Below, in pieces: positions 1 through 8,823 of a stretch of 64,000 nt of DNA. The notes beneath the pieces were generated by a model. The model was not told the origin of the DNA and did no database searches. It worked only from the letters and a program-made list of their open reading frames with translations. Position 1 is the stretch's first letter. Every line of letters starts with the position of its first letter. This stretch comes from Bacteroidota bacterium (lineage in GTDB: Bacteria > Bacteroidota > Ignavibacteria > UBA10030), in contig JBEKOB010000004.1 in the NCBI GenBank assembly GCA_049522195.1, forward strand, positions 20,809 to 84,808, written 5' to 3'. The position numbers and the translations under genes are program-made.

Positions 1-422
1 ACCACTGTTTCGACATGACGATCGGCGAAGACCGCGGGGCGTTCGTTGACACGATCATAAGCGAGACAGGCAATACAGGCGTCGATGTTGCCCTCGAGAT
101 GTCAGGCAGCTACCGGGCCTATGAAGATGCTGCCCGTGTTATCCGGATGGGGGGCACATTCTCTCTCCTCGGGATCCCTTCGGGCACGATGCAAGTCGAC
201 TTCGCGAAGAATATCATCTTCAGTGGCATAACAGTTCATGGAATTATCGGGCGACGGGTATTCCAGACATGGGACCAGATGGAAGTGTTGTTGAAGGCAG
301 GACTCGCGAAGCAGCTAATGAAGACCGGTTTTGTCACGCATCAACTGCCGCTGGAACGGTTTGAGGAAGGCTTTCAGGCGATTCGTAATGGCGATGCGTA
401 TAAGGTGCTCCTCAAGCCCTGA
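1..422 (+). CDS. tdh: L-threonine 3-dehydrogenase, C-terminal part (5' end outside window)
   Basis: ORF 15..422 stays open in the same frame back to the window edge. Translation matches the C-terminal half of Zn-dependent Tdh (VDVALEMSG, GGTFSLLGIP, FQTWDQM, GDAYKVLL). kbl paralogs lie downstream. Confidence 0.8.
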   Translation, partial: HCFDMTIGEDRGAFVDTIISETGNTGVDVALEMSGSYRAYEDAARVIRMGGTFSLLGIPSGTMQVDFAKNIIFSGITVHGIIGRRVFQTWDQMEVLLKAGLAKQLMKTGFVTHQLPLERFEEGFQAIRNGDAYKVLLKP

Positions 423-463
423 GAAGGGGTGAAGGGCACATATCTTGATTTTGTAGATCGATC

Positions 464-844
464 ATGGCCATAGGAATTGGAACAGACGTCGTCGAAATTG
501 ATCGCTTGAGAAAGCTGAGGCACCGAGCCGAGTTCCTAGCGCAGGTATTCACACGCACCGAGATCCAGAACGCGCCCCGCGGTCCCTCTCAAGACACATT
601 CTACGCTACGCTTTTTGCGATCAAAGAAGCTCTGTTGAAAGCGCTGGGGTGTGGTCTGAAGAGCGGTTGTTTGTGGCACAATATCCAAATCACGCATGAT
701 TGGAAACCCCACTTGTCCGGCCTCCTCGGGCGTCTCGCCGAGGAGAAGTCGGTATCGAAAATCCACGTTTCACATTCACACTCAAACAGAAACGCCATTG
801 CCTTCGTTTTGATTGAAACAACCACTGAGGAGGAGATCCTATGA
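464..844 (+). CDS. acpS: holo-[acyl-carrier-protein] synthase (4'-phosphopantetheinyl transferase, AcpS type)
   Basis: 126 aa. N-terminus MAIGIGTDVVEIDR and the FAIKEALLKALG motif are typical of AcpS. Its stop overlaps the next ATG (ATGA at 841-844). Confidence 0.85.
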   Translation: MAIGIGTDVVEIDRLRKLRHRAEFLAQVFTRTEIQNAPRGPSQDTFYATLFAIKEALLKALGCGLKSGCLWHNIQITHDWKPHLSGLLGRLAEEKSVSKIHVSHSHSNRNAIAFVLIETTTEEEIL

Positions 845-2541
845 GTAACATCGGCTCCTATGAGGCAAGATACAAAGACTTCGATTGGAAGACGGCGGCG
901 GAAGAACTTGGATATGGTAAAGATGGAAAATACAATATCGGCTATTTCTGCAGTGATCGTATTTGTGAGATGGGAGGTGGGGGAAAGGTAGCCCTGTTTT
1001 GGGAAGGGTTCACAGGTGAAGTGAAGCGGTACACCTACGACGACCTGAGGATGTACAGTAATTCCTTCGCAACGATGCTGAGGGAAAGCGGGTTGCAGCT
1101 TGGAGATCGCATTTGCCTGTTCATGGATCGGATCCCGGAGCTTTACATAGCGTTCCTTGGCGTGCTCAAGATGGGGGGTATCGTCCAGCCTTTGTTCTCG
1201 GCGTTTGGAGAGGACGCGCTGGAGATGCGGCTGGAAGATGCAAAGACGAGGGCGATTCTGACGACCCGCAAGCACCTGGGCAAGGTGAGAAGGATCCGTG
1301 CTTCACTTCCGGAGTTGGCGGTCGTCATCGTAGTTGACGCGGGTGGACGGGCGATGGAAAATGGGGAGATTGCCTTTTCTATGGAAAGCGCGCCGAGGCA
1401 GAAGGAGATCAACATCGCTCAGGTTGGGCCGGAGTCCCCTTCAGTCCTTCACTATACTTCGGGAACGACGGGAAAGCCGAAAGGGGCATTGCACGTTCAC
1501 TCTTCGATCATTGCTCAGGCGATAACCGCTCGATGGGTGCTTGACCTTCGCCCTGATGACATCTATTGGTGCACGGCAGACCCTGGTTGGGTCACGGGGA
1601 CATCGTACGGGATCATTGGTGCCTGGGCGAGCGGGATAACGCAGGTCGTTCTTGACGCGGGGTTCAGTGCGCACAAGTGGTACGCGTTCATCGAGAAGCA
1701 CAAGGTAACAGTCTGGTACTCGGCTCCGACAGCTATCCGTTTGTTGATGAAGGAGGGGCTTGAGCCGGTCAGCAAGCATGACCTTTCGTCATTGCGGCAC
1801 CTGGTCAGTGTCGGAGAGCCACTGAATGCTGAAGCAGTCATCTGGTCGGAGAAGGCGTACGGACTTCCATTTCATGATTCATTCTGGCAGACCGAGACGG
1901 GTTCGATTGTGATATCAAACTACCCCGGAATGAAAATCAAACCTGGCTCGATGGGAAAGCCGTTTCCGGGGATCACAGCGACTGTTCTGAATCCGAAGAC
2001 CTATGAGCCGATTGAGACGCCCGGCACAATCGGGCTTATTGGTTTGAAACCAGGATGGCCATCGATGTTCCGGTCATATTGGAACAGCCAGGAAGCATAC
2101 GACAAGAAGTTCCGGAACGGCTGGTACATCTGCGGTGATCGCGCCAGCACTGACAGCGAGGGGTACTTTTGGTTCGTTGGGCGAGACGATGACGTCATCA
2201 ACACAGCAGGGCATCTCGTCGGCCCGTTTGAAATAGAGTCGGCGCTCCTGGAGCATCCTTCAGTTGCAGAATCCGCTGCGGTCGGGAAACCGGATCCGAT
2301 AAACATGGAAGTTGTCAAAGCCTTCATTGCGCTCAAGCCCGGTTACGTGAAGAGTGATGACCTCGGCATGGAAATCATGAACTACATCCGCAAGAGGCTC
2401 TCACCGTTGGCCATGCCGCAAGAAATTGAGTTCGTCGATTCGCTTCCCAAGACCAGAAGCGGCAAGATCATGAGACGGCTCCTGAGAGCAAAAGAGTGGG
2501 GTGAAGAAATAGGAGACATCTCGACTCTTGAAAACGACTAA
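841..2541 (+). CDS. AMP-forming acyl-CoA/acyl-ACP synthetase (AcsA-like adenylate-forming enzyme)
   Basis: 566 aa. AMP-binding signature YTSGTTGKPKG, a GDRA...GYFWFVGRDDDVI core and a C-terminal PKTRSGKIMRR motif. Overall resembles Bacillus-type AcsA. Confidence 0.8.
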   Translation: MSNIGSYEARYKDFDWKTAAEELGYGKDGKYNIGYFCSDRICEMGGGGKVALFWEGFTGEVKRYTYDDLRMYSNSFATMLRESGLQLGDRICLFMDRIPELYIAFLGVLKMGGIVQPLFSAFGEDALEMRLEDAKTRAILTTRKHLGKVRRIRASLPELAVVIVVDAGGRAMENGEIAFSMESAPRQKEINIAQVGPESPSVLHYTSGTTGKPKGALHVHSSIIAQAITARWVLDLRPDDIYWCTADPGWVTGTSYGIIGAWASGITQVVLDAGFSAHKWYAFIEKHKVTVWYSAPTAIRLLMKEGLEPVSKHDLSSLRHLVSVGEPLNAEAVIWSEKAYGLPFHDSFWQTETGSIVISNYPGMKIKPGSMGKPFPGITATVLNPKTYEPIETPGTIGLIGLKPGWPSMFRSYWNSQEAYDKKFRNGWYICGDRASTDSEGYFWFVGRDDDVINTAGHLVGPFEIESALLEHPSVAESAAVGKPDPINMEVVKAFIALKPGYVKSDDLGMEIMNYIRKRLSPLAMPQEIEFVDSLPKTRSGKIMRRLLRAKEWGEEIGDISTLEND

Positions 2542-2578
2542 CGATGAACCGATACAGCTTCTTTCCCAAGGAGGAACT

Positions 2579-2833
2579 ATGGCTGAAGACATCAAGAAGG
2601 TGCTCATCGAGTACGTGAAGAAGGAGTATTTGGACGAAGATTCCGATCAGGAAATCACTGAAGACACCAAGCTGATCTCGAGTGGGATCGTTGATTCCTT
2701 TTCGATGGTGTCACTCAAGATGTTTCTGGAGAAGAAATTTCAGATCAAGATCCCGGATGAAAAAGCGACACCCGAAGCGTTCGATTCAGTTACGAGCATC
2801 ATCAAACTGCTAACGGAATTCACACCTCTCTGA
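2579..2833 (+). CDS. stand-alone acyl carrier protein
   Basis: 84 aa from the ATG at 2579, preceded by AAGGAGGA. Acidic helical protein with a GIVDSFSMVSL phosphopantetheine-serine motif. The TTG at 2528 given in the ORF track overlaps the ligase 3' end and is unlikely to be the start. Confidence 0.75.
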   Translation: MAEDIKKVLIEYVKKEYLDEDSDQEITEDTKLISSGIVDSFSMVSLKMFLEKKFQIKIPDEKATPEAFDSVTSIIKLLTEFTPL

Positions 2834-2843
2834 AGGAGGTTCT

Positions 2844-4091
2844 ATGTCCTACAGCGAAAAAGCTAGTGTGCATTATGCGAACGAGCTGATGTGCATCCGG
2901 GGAGCGGGGTTATTCAAGGAAGAGCGTCAAATCTTGTCTCCCCAGATGGCGCGCATCATGGTCGAATTCCCGGCCGGGGCGCCGGCCAAGGGAGTGCTCA
3001 ATTTCTGCGCGAACAACTATCTCGGATTGTCCAGCCATCCCGAGGTCGTGGAAGCAGCTCATAAGGGCCTCGATTCGCACGGCTACGGGATGTCCTCCGT
3101 CCGCTTCATCTGCGGGACACAGGATATCCATCGTGAACTCGAAAGGAAATTGTCTGAATTCCTTGAGACTGAAGATACAGTGTTGTTTCCTTCCTGTATG
3201 GAAGCCAACGCTGGACTTTTTGAAGTGGTCTTGGAAAAGGATGATGCGATGATTGCCGATCGTCTCGTCCATGCCTCAATTGTGGACGGGATGAGACTGT
3301 GCAAGGCGCAACTCTACAACTACAAACACATGAATATGCAGCACCTTGAGGAGAAGCTTCAGGAGACTCAGGGCTGTCGATTCCGGATGATCATAACCGA
3401 TGGGGTGTTTTCGATGGATGGTGACATCGCACCTCTTGATAAAATCTGTGACCTTGCCGACAAATACGACGCGTTGGTCATGGTGGATGATTCACATTCG
3501 ACTGGTTTCCTCGGAAAGCTCGGAAAGGGAACGCACGAGCATTGCGGGGTGTTGGGACGTATTGACGCCATCACAACAACGTTAGGGAAGGCGCTCGGTG
3601 GCGCTGCTGGTGGATGCGTCAGCGGCCGCAAAGAGATCGTGGAATTGTGCAGGCAGCGGGCGCGGCCGTACCTCTTCTCCAATACTGTTCCCCCCGTCGT
3701 CATCGCTGCATCGATCAAGGTGATCGACCTCATTTCAAAGTCCACCGAGAGACGGAACAAGCTTGAAGAAAACACGAAATACTTTCGGGAAAAAATGACC
3801 CAAGCCGGATTGGATATCAGACCGGGCGTACATCCAATTGTCCCTGTCATGCTCTACAATGCGAAGCTTGCTCAGGACGTTGCACGAGATCTTTATGAAG
3901 AGGGCATTTACGCGGTCGGATTTTTCTATCCCGTCGTTCCGCAGGGCCAGGCCCGCATTCGTGTGCAAATATCAGCCGACCATGAGCGAGAGCATCTCGA
4001 CAAAGCCATCGAGGCATTCACGAAGGTCGGGGCCAAGTACAATATCCTCGGCAAAAAGAAAGACGAAGTCATTGCCATGTATGGAATGTGA
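2844..4091 (+). CDS. PLP-dependent alpha-oxoamine synthase, divergent Kbl-like paralog
   Basis: 415 aa. Carries [25 protein letters not shown] and TLGKALGG (PLP lysine). Diverges from Kbl at otherwise conserved blocks and has a C-terminal extension. GAAGGAGG RBS, 11 nt after the ACP stop. Confidence 0.8.
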   Translation: MSYSEKASVHYANELMCIRGAGLFKEERQILSPQMARIMVEFPAGAPAKGVLNFCANNYLGLSSHPEVVEAAHKGLDSHGYGMSSVRFICGTQDIHRELERKLSEFLETEDTVLFPSCMEANAGLFEVVLEKDDAMIADRLVHASIVDGMRLCKAQLYNYKHMNMQHLEEKLQETQGCRFRMIITDGVFSMDGDIAPLDKICDLADKYDALVMVDDSHSTGFLGKLGKGTHEHCGVLGRIDAITTTLGKALGGAAGGCVSGRKEIVELCRQRARPYLFSNTVPPVVIAASIKVIDLISKSTERRNKLEENTKYFREKMTQAGLDIRPGVHPIVPVMLYNAKLAQDVARDLYEEGIYAVGFFYPVVPQGQARIRVQISADHEREHLDKAIEAFTKVGAKYNILGKKKDEVIAMYGM

Positions 4092-4165
4092 AAAACTTGA
4101 ATACATTGGCCCACCGATTAATTGGGAACCATCTTTAGAATAGAAGGAGGAGGGAACGTATTTTC

Positions 4166-5377
4166 ATGTCTGTCCACGAACGAGTACGCGAATTCTATCA
4201 CAAGGAGCTGATTGAGCTTCAATATGCTGATCTCTTCAAAGAAGAGCGGATCATTCATTCTCCGCAAGGCGCCGACATTTCAGTTGAATTCCCCGTGAAC
4301 ACAGACCAGAGTCAGGTGGTCAATTTCTGCGCGAACAACTACCTGGGTCTCTCCAGTCATCCTGCCGTCATCTCGGCCGCGAAGCATGCTTTGGAGGAAA
4401 GGGGATTCGGCATGTCCTCTGTCAGGTTTATTTGCGGGACGCAGGATCAACACAAAGAGCTCGAACGAAAGATCTCGGAATTTCTGGGGATGGAGGATGC
4501 AATTCTGTACTCCTCTTGCTTCGACGCGAATGGGGGTGTTTTCGAGGCACTGTTGAGCGAGGAGGATGCCCTCATATCGGATGAACTCAACCATGCGTCG
4601 ATCATTGACGGGATTCGCCTGTGCAAGGCAGAGCGCCATCGGTACAAACATGGAGACATGAAAGACCTCGAGCACCATCTGAAAGAAACCCAGAACAAAC
4701 GGTTCAGGATGATTGTGACTGATGGGGTGTTTTCGATGGATGGGGATGTTGCCAAGCTTGACGAGATATGCAACCTCGCGGAGGAGCACGACGCGATTCT
4801 TCTGGTGGATGATTCGCACGCGACCGGATTTGTCGGGAAAACGGGGAGAGGCACGCACGAACATCACGATGTGATGGGAAGGGTCGACCTCATAACAACG
4901 ACCTTCGGCAAAGCCCTTGGCGGTGCAGCAGGCGGCTGCATTGTGGGGCAGAAGGTGTTTATCGATATCCTGCGTCAGCGCTCCCGTCCATACCTATTCT
5001 CCAATACATTGAGTCCCGTTGTGGTCGGAGCGACGATCAAAGCAATCGGTTTGCTGATGGAGTCGACTGCCCTGCGTGACAAACTCGATGAAAATGCCCG
5101 GTATTTCAGGCGGCGCATTCGCGAAGCTGGTTTTCAAATCAAAGACGGATTCCATCCTATCGTACCGATCATGCTCGGTGATGCGGGACTTGTCCAGGTC
5201 ATGGCCCGTGAGCTCTATGGCGAAGGCATCTACGTGGTGGGATTCTTCTACCCCGTCGTTCCTCGGGGCACAGCGAGGATCCGCGTCCAGATCTCTGCGG
5301 CACATGAGAAACATCACATCGACAAAGCAATTGAGGCCTTTGCAAAGGTTGGAAAGAAGCTGGGCGTCATCAAGTAG
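4166..5377 (+). CDS. kbl: 2-amino-3-ketobutyrate CoA ligase (glycine C-acetyltransferase)
   Basis: 403 aa. Near-collinear with E. coli Kbl, including [37 protein letters not shown] and a GVIK-type C-terminus. Strong AAGGAGGAGGG RBS. Confidence 0.85.
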   Translation: MSVHERVREFYHKELIELQYADLFKEERIIHSPQGADISVEFPVNTDQSQVVNFCANNYLGLSSHPAVISAAKHALEERGFGMSSVRFICGTQDQHKELERKISEFLGMEDAILYSSCFDANGGVFEALLSEEDALISDELNHASIIDGIRLCKAERHRYKHGDMKDLEHHLKETQNKRFRMIVTDGVFSMDGDVAKLDEICNLAEEHDAILLVDDSHATGFVGKTGRGTHEHHDVMGRVDLITTTFGKALGGAAGGCIVGQKVFIDILRQRSRPYLFSNTLSPVVVGATIKAIGLLMESTALRDKLDENARYFRRRIREAGFQIKDGFHPIVPIMLGDAGLVQVMARELYGEGIYVVGFFYPVVPRGTARIRVQISAAHEKHHIDKAIEAFAKVGKKLGVIK

Positions 5378-5439
5378 TCATCTGTAACCCGAACGCAGGT
5401 GCTCCACCTGAAAGTGGCATACTAGGAGTCTCGTCAGGA

Positions 5440-6576
5440 GTGAAGAACCGTCTCGTCTTCGTAGATCTTCTCAGGGGTTGGGCCACGATCATCATGATCG
5501 AGGTTCATGTTTTCAACGCCTTCCTGCTGACGGACATTAAGAATGCGGGATGGTTTGGCTGGGTAAACTTTGTCAACGGATTGGTCGCTCCGAGCTTTCT
5601 CTTCGTCGCGGGATTTGTATTTGTCGTGGTGAGCGATCGAAAGCTCGAAGAATTCCGGACATATGGCAAGGCGTTCTGGCGGCAGCTAAGCCGGATTTTC
5701 CTGATCTGGGTTATTGGATACGGACTTCATCTCCCGTACTTTTCGCTCACACGGACTCTGCGCGATTCGACGGCTTCGCAGCTCCTGCTCTTCAGTCAGT
5801 CCGATATACTTCACTGCATTGCCCTCGGTCTCCTCATCGTGTTCCTCGGGCGAATTGTCATTAAGCGGGATCCGTACTATCAGCTCTATCTCGTGCTGAT
5901 TGGATGTCTGACTGTCCTCGTCGCTCCGTTCATCTGGGGAATTGACTTTTCTATCTCCCTGCCTGGCTTCGTGGCGCCATATCTCAATGACCACCAGGGT
6001 TCAATCTTTCCAATATTCCCCTGGCTTGGATTCCTGATGTTTGGCGCTGTGGCAGCCTTTGCGTACAAGAAAGCGCGTGCATCAGGCGAGGAGAAAAAGT
6101 ACTTCTTGATTCTCACAGCGATTGGATTGTTTTTGGTCATAGCGGGTTCGCTCTTGATCGATCTCCCTTCTGACATCCCTGGTATGTCGACGGCGATCAG
6201 AGCCAATCCGGTTTTCTTCGCCTCTCGGTTGGGCATCGTGTTCCTTCTCCTTGTCGCATGCTGGTACTACGCTGAGTGGCGGAAGACCGAGAAATCGTTT
6301 GTGCTCGACGTGAGTAGGGAGTCGCTCCTGGTCTATACCGCGCACCTGCTGGTCATCTACGGCCGGTTTTGGAACGGGAACAGTCCAGCTTTCTACTATG
6401 GGGAGTCGCTTACCGTTCTTCAGGCGATCATTGTGACCATCGCCTTGATTGTCGTTATGATTGTTTTCGCGAAGGTGTGGTCGACGATAAAGCAGAAATC
6501 CATGCGTTGGGCGCGCACTATTTCCTACGCAACGGGAGTCATCGTCCTTGCAGTTTTTGTAATCCGTGTGTACTGA
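5440..6576 (+). CDS. polytopic membrane protein, DUF1624 / HGSNAT-like acyltransferase family
   Basis: 378 aa with about 10 predicted hydrophobic helices. The N-terminal R-x-x-FVDLLRGWATIIM motif is typical of the DUF1624 / heparan-alpha-glucosaminide N-acetyltransferase-like family. GTG start. Confidence 0.55.
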   Translation: MKNRLVFVDLLRGWATIIMIEVHVFNAFLLTDIKNAGWFGWVNFVNGLVAPSFLFVAGFVFVVVSDRKLEEFRTYGKAFWRQLSRIFLIWVIGYGLHLPYFSLTRTLRDSTASQLLLFSQSDILHCIALGLLIVFLGRIVIKRDPYYQLYLVLIGCLTVLVAPFIWGIDFSISLPGFVAPYLNDHQGSIFPIFPWLGFLMFGAVAAFAYKKARASGEEKKYFLILTAIGLFLVIAGSLLIDLPSDIPGMSTAIRANPVFFASRLGIVFLLLVACWYYAEWRKTEKSFVLDVSRESLLVYTAHLLVIYGRFWNGNSPAFYYGESLTVLQAIIVTIALIVVMIVFAKVWSTIKQKSMRWARTISYATGVIVLAVFVIRVY

Positions 6577-6683
6577 TGGTCTTCGGGATGGCAGTCGCGG
6601 TTAGCAGGCCATCGTCAATGGCAGGCAAACTCACTAGGGTAAGAGAAGCCGATAGTGGATCATTACACATAAATGGAGAGTGA

Positions 6684-7853
6684 ATGGAACTTGTTCTAGG
6701 CATAATTCTCGTCATAATTACGGGACTGTTGATTGTGATTTTTCTGCGTCTTCGCGCCGCGCAGCAGCCTGAGGCAACGCAGGCAACCCTCCTGATCCAG
6801 CAGCAAATCGATTCTTTGCGCGGTGAAGTCAATTTAAGCCTCAGAAATACGTCGGACTCACTGGGATCGTCTCTCAAAGCTACGCAAGACGCCTTGTACC
6901 AGAGTCTCAAGATGACATCGGAGACGATGAATCAGCAAATGAATGCAGTCACAACGCAATTATCGAGCGTCACGCAGCAGATACAGAACAATACCGGTCA
7001 GGTTGGAACGCGTCTCGACACCGCCGCGAAGGTGATCCAGGACGTCCAAAACAAGCTGGGAGAGCTTGGACAGGCCACAAAGGAGATCAAGGAACTTGGC
7101 CAGAGTGTCTCGAAGCTTGAGGAAATGCTGAAAGCGCCGAAACTGCGCGGAGGTCTCGGTGAGCTCCTCCTGGAAGATCTTCTCAAACAGGTCTTACCAA
7201 TCAGGTCGTTCGAGATGCAGTACCGGTTTAAAAGCGGCCAGGCAGTCGATGCGGTGATCCACCTCTCGGGAGGGATGGTACCGGTTGACTCCAAGTTCCC
7301 GCTTGAGAATTTCCAGAAGATGCTGGAGGCGAAAAGCGAGCAAGAAAAGCGAACTGCAGTCCGGACATTCAGATCGGACGTGAAGAAGCACATCGATGCA
7401 ATTTCGGATAAATATATTCTGCCGGACGAAGGGACGTTCGATTTCGCCCTCATGTATGTCCCGGCGGAGAACATCTACTACGAGACGATCATCAAGGACG
7501 AGACTGTCTCCGAAGAAGAGGGATTGTACAGCTACGCGATGAAGAAGAGGGTGATACCGGTGTCGCCTAACAGTTTTTACGCCCACCTGCGCGTGATCGC
7601 CATGGGATTCAAAGGGCTGCAGATTGAGAAGAGCGCAAAGGAGATTTTCCAGAGCCTTGAGCGTCTGGGGTCCGAATTGCAAAAATTCTCGGAAACGTTT
7701 GAAACGCTTGGAAATCAGTTGAGCAACGCTAAGAACAACTTCGACAAAGCCGACAAACAACTGAATAATCTCACAGAGAAGTTCAAAACCATCCAGTTAA
7801 TTCCTGAAGCCGGAAGTGTGAAACAGCTGGATCTTGGTGGAGAGACGAAATAG
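6684..7853 (+). CDS. rmuC: DNA recombination protein RmuC
   Basis: 389 aa. N-terminal TM helix, long coiled-coil, and a C-terminal RmuC nuclease-like region (VDSKFPLENF, ALMYVPAENIYYE). Confidence 0.8.
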   Translation: MELVLGIILVIITGLLIVIFLRLRAAQQPEATQATLLIQQQIDSLRGEVNLSLRNTSDSLGSSLKATQDALYQSLKMTSETMNQQMNAVTTQLSSVTQQIQNNTGQVGTRLDTAAKVIQDVQNKLGELGQATKEIKELGQSVSKLEEMLKAPKLRGGLGELLLEDLLKQVLPIRSFEMQYRFKSGQAVDAVIHLSGGMVPVDSKFPLENFQKMLEAKSEQEKRTAVRTFRSDVKKHIDAISDKYILPDEGTFDFALMYVPAENIYYETIIKDETVSEEEGLYSYAMKKRVIPVSPNSFYAHLRVIAMGFKGLQIEKSAKEIFQSLERLGSELQKFSETFETLGNQLSNAKNNFDKADKQLNNLTEKFKTIQLIPEAGSVKQLDLGGETK

Positions 7854-7877
7854 TGTAGGAGTTGCTGCGAGAGAGTA

Positions 7878-7910
7878 CAAAAAAAAGTCCCCTTGCGGGG
7901 ACTTTTTTTG
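7878..7910. terminator. bidirectional rho-independent terminator (rmuC / csp)
   Basis: A8-AGTCCCC-TTGC-GGGGACT-T7. Perfect stem flanked by an A-run and a T-run, between convergent genes. Confidence 0.8.
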
Positions 7911-7920
7911 TTAGTAGGGT

Positions 7921-8124
7921 CTAGACACGAACGATGTTGTACGCTCGTTTTCCTTTTTGTTCTTCTTTGAGTTCGAACTTGACTGTATCGCCCTGAGAAA
8001 GAACATCACGAAAACCGGTATTCTTCACGTTGCTTTTGTGAAAGAAGACCTCATCGCCAGCCTCGGTCACGATAAATCCAAAACCCTTCGACACGTTAAA
8101 GAACTTTACGGTCCCATTGTTCAT
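7921..8124 (-). CDS. cold-shock protein (CspA family)
   Basis: 67 aa. MNNGTVKFFNVSKGFGFI carries the RNP1 motif; VFFHKS is RNP2-like. Confidence 0.9.
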   Translation of the reverse strand: MNNGTVKFFNVSKGFGFIVTEAGDEVFFHKSNVKNTGFRDVLSQGDTVKFELKEEQKGKRAYNIVRV

Positions 8125-8154
8125 AGGTATTCAACTTCCCACGTCGTGAGCGAC

Positions 8155-8190
8155 TGAAAAAGAAAACCCCAGGAGAATATCTCGCTGGGG
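8155..8190 (-). terminator. rho-independent terminator downstream of second csp
   Basis: On the minus strand: CCCCAG-loop-CTGGGG followed by TTTTCTTTTT. Confidence 0.6.
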
Positions 8191-8211
8191 TTGTATAGAG
8201 AATAGACGAAC

Positions 8212-8412
8212 TTAGACCTTCTCTACGTTCGCGGCTTGCAGACCCTTCGGTCCTTGCTGGACATCGAACTGAACCTGGTCGCCCTCGTTCAAAGTGCGGT
8301 AGCCATCACCACGAATCGCCTTAAAATGGACGAAAACATCTTCGCCGTTTTGACGTGTGATGAAGCCAAAGCCCTTGGCTCCGTTGAACCACTTAACTGT
8401 TCCTTTTTCCAT
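8212..8412 (-). CDS. cold-shock protein (CspA family)
   Basis: 66 aa from the ATG at 8412 ([23 protein letters not shown]), with an AAGGAAG RBS. The longer 81-aa ORF-track start adds a non-homologous leader. Confidence 0.9.
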   Translation of the reverse strand: MEKGTVKWFNGAKGFGFITRQNGEDVFVHFKAIRGDGYRTLNEGDQVQFDVQQGPKGLQAANVEKV

Positions 8413-8823
8413 GGAACTTCCTTTCGGAAATGATGATTGAAGATGTACACGAGGCAACTAGCCGAAACGTTTTGCGTGCTATGGATGTGTTGTGATGCCC
8501 GGCCTCGTGAAGATTGGAAGGTCACGAAAAGAGGACATGAACAATGCATCTACAGCGACGACGCACAAGCTAGGCTACGTCTGCCCAGAGGGTAGCGAGG
8601 TCGCGCCATCCACTGGACTTTGAGGTGTACGTTAATTTGCAGTTGTAATATAGGTCTATTTCGGGTTACAAACAAGCAGAAAATTGAGATTGAGCCCGTG
8701 TTTCGTGAGTTTCCGGGTCAATCTCTGGATAAGACTGAAGAATTTAGCTATCTTTACCGAGGTATAGTGAGAAGTACTATCCTCTATCCCGTGGTCCACT
8801 CCATTGAGTTTTGAAGGAATCTG

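Noticed and set aside
601-1275. 224-aa minus-strand ORF antisense to acpS and the ligase. Similar long antisense ORFs occur at 16290-16961, 18292-18966, 4280-4867, 7194-7760, 10589-11140, 55308-55907, 57734-58297 and 61826-62506, and on the plus strand at 25150-25746, 27172-27750, 29063-29728, 29803-30411, 45824-46318 and 46879-47442.
   Set aside because: Each is fully embedded opposite a gene with strong, motif-level homology. Their translations are Arg/Ser/Pro/His-rich with no recognisable motif, and they lack RBS context. This is typical of stop-poor antisense frames in a moderately GC-rich genome.
8620-8814. 64-aa ORF in the 366-nt csp / pfk intergenic region.
   Set aside because: It has no RBS and its sequence is low-information. 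The region is more plausibly the long 5' UTR typical of cold-shock genes plus the pfk promoter.
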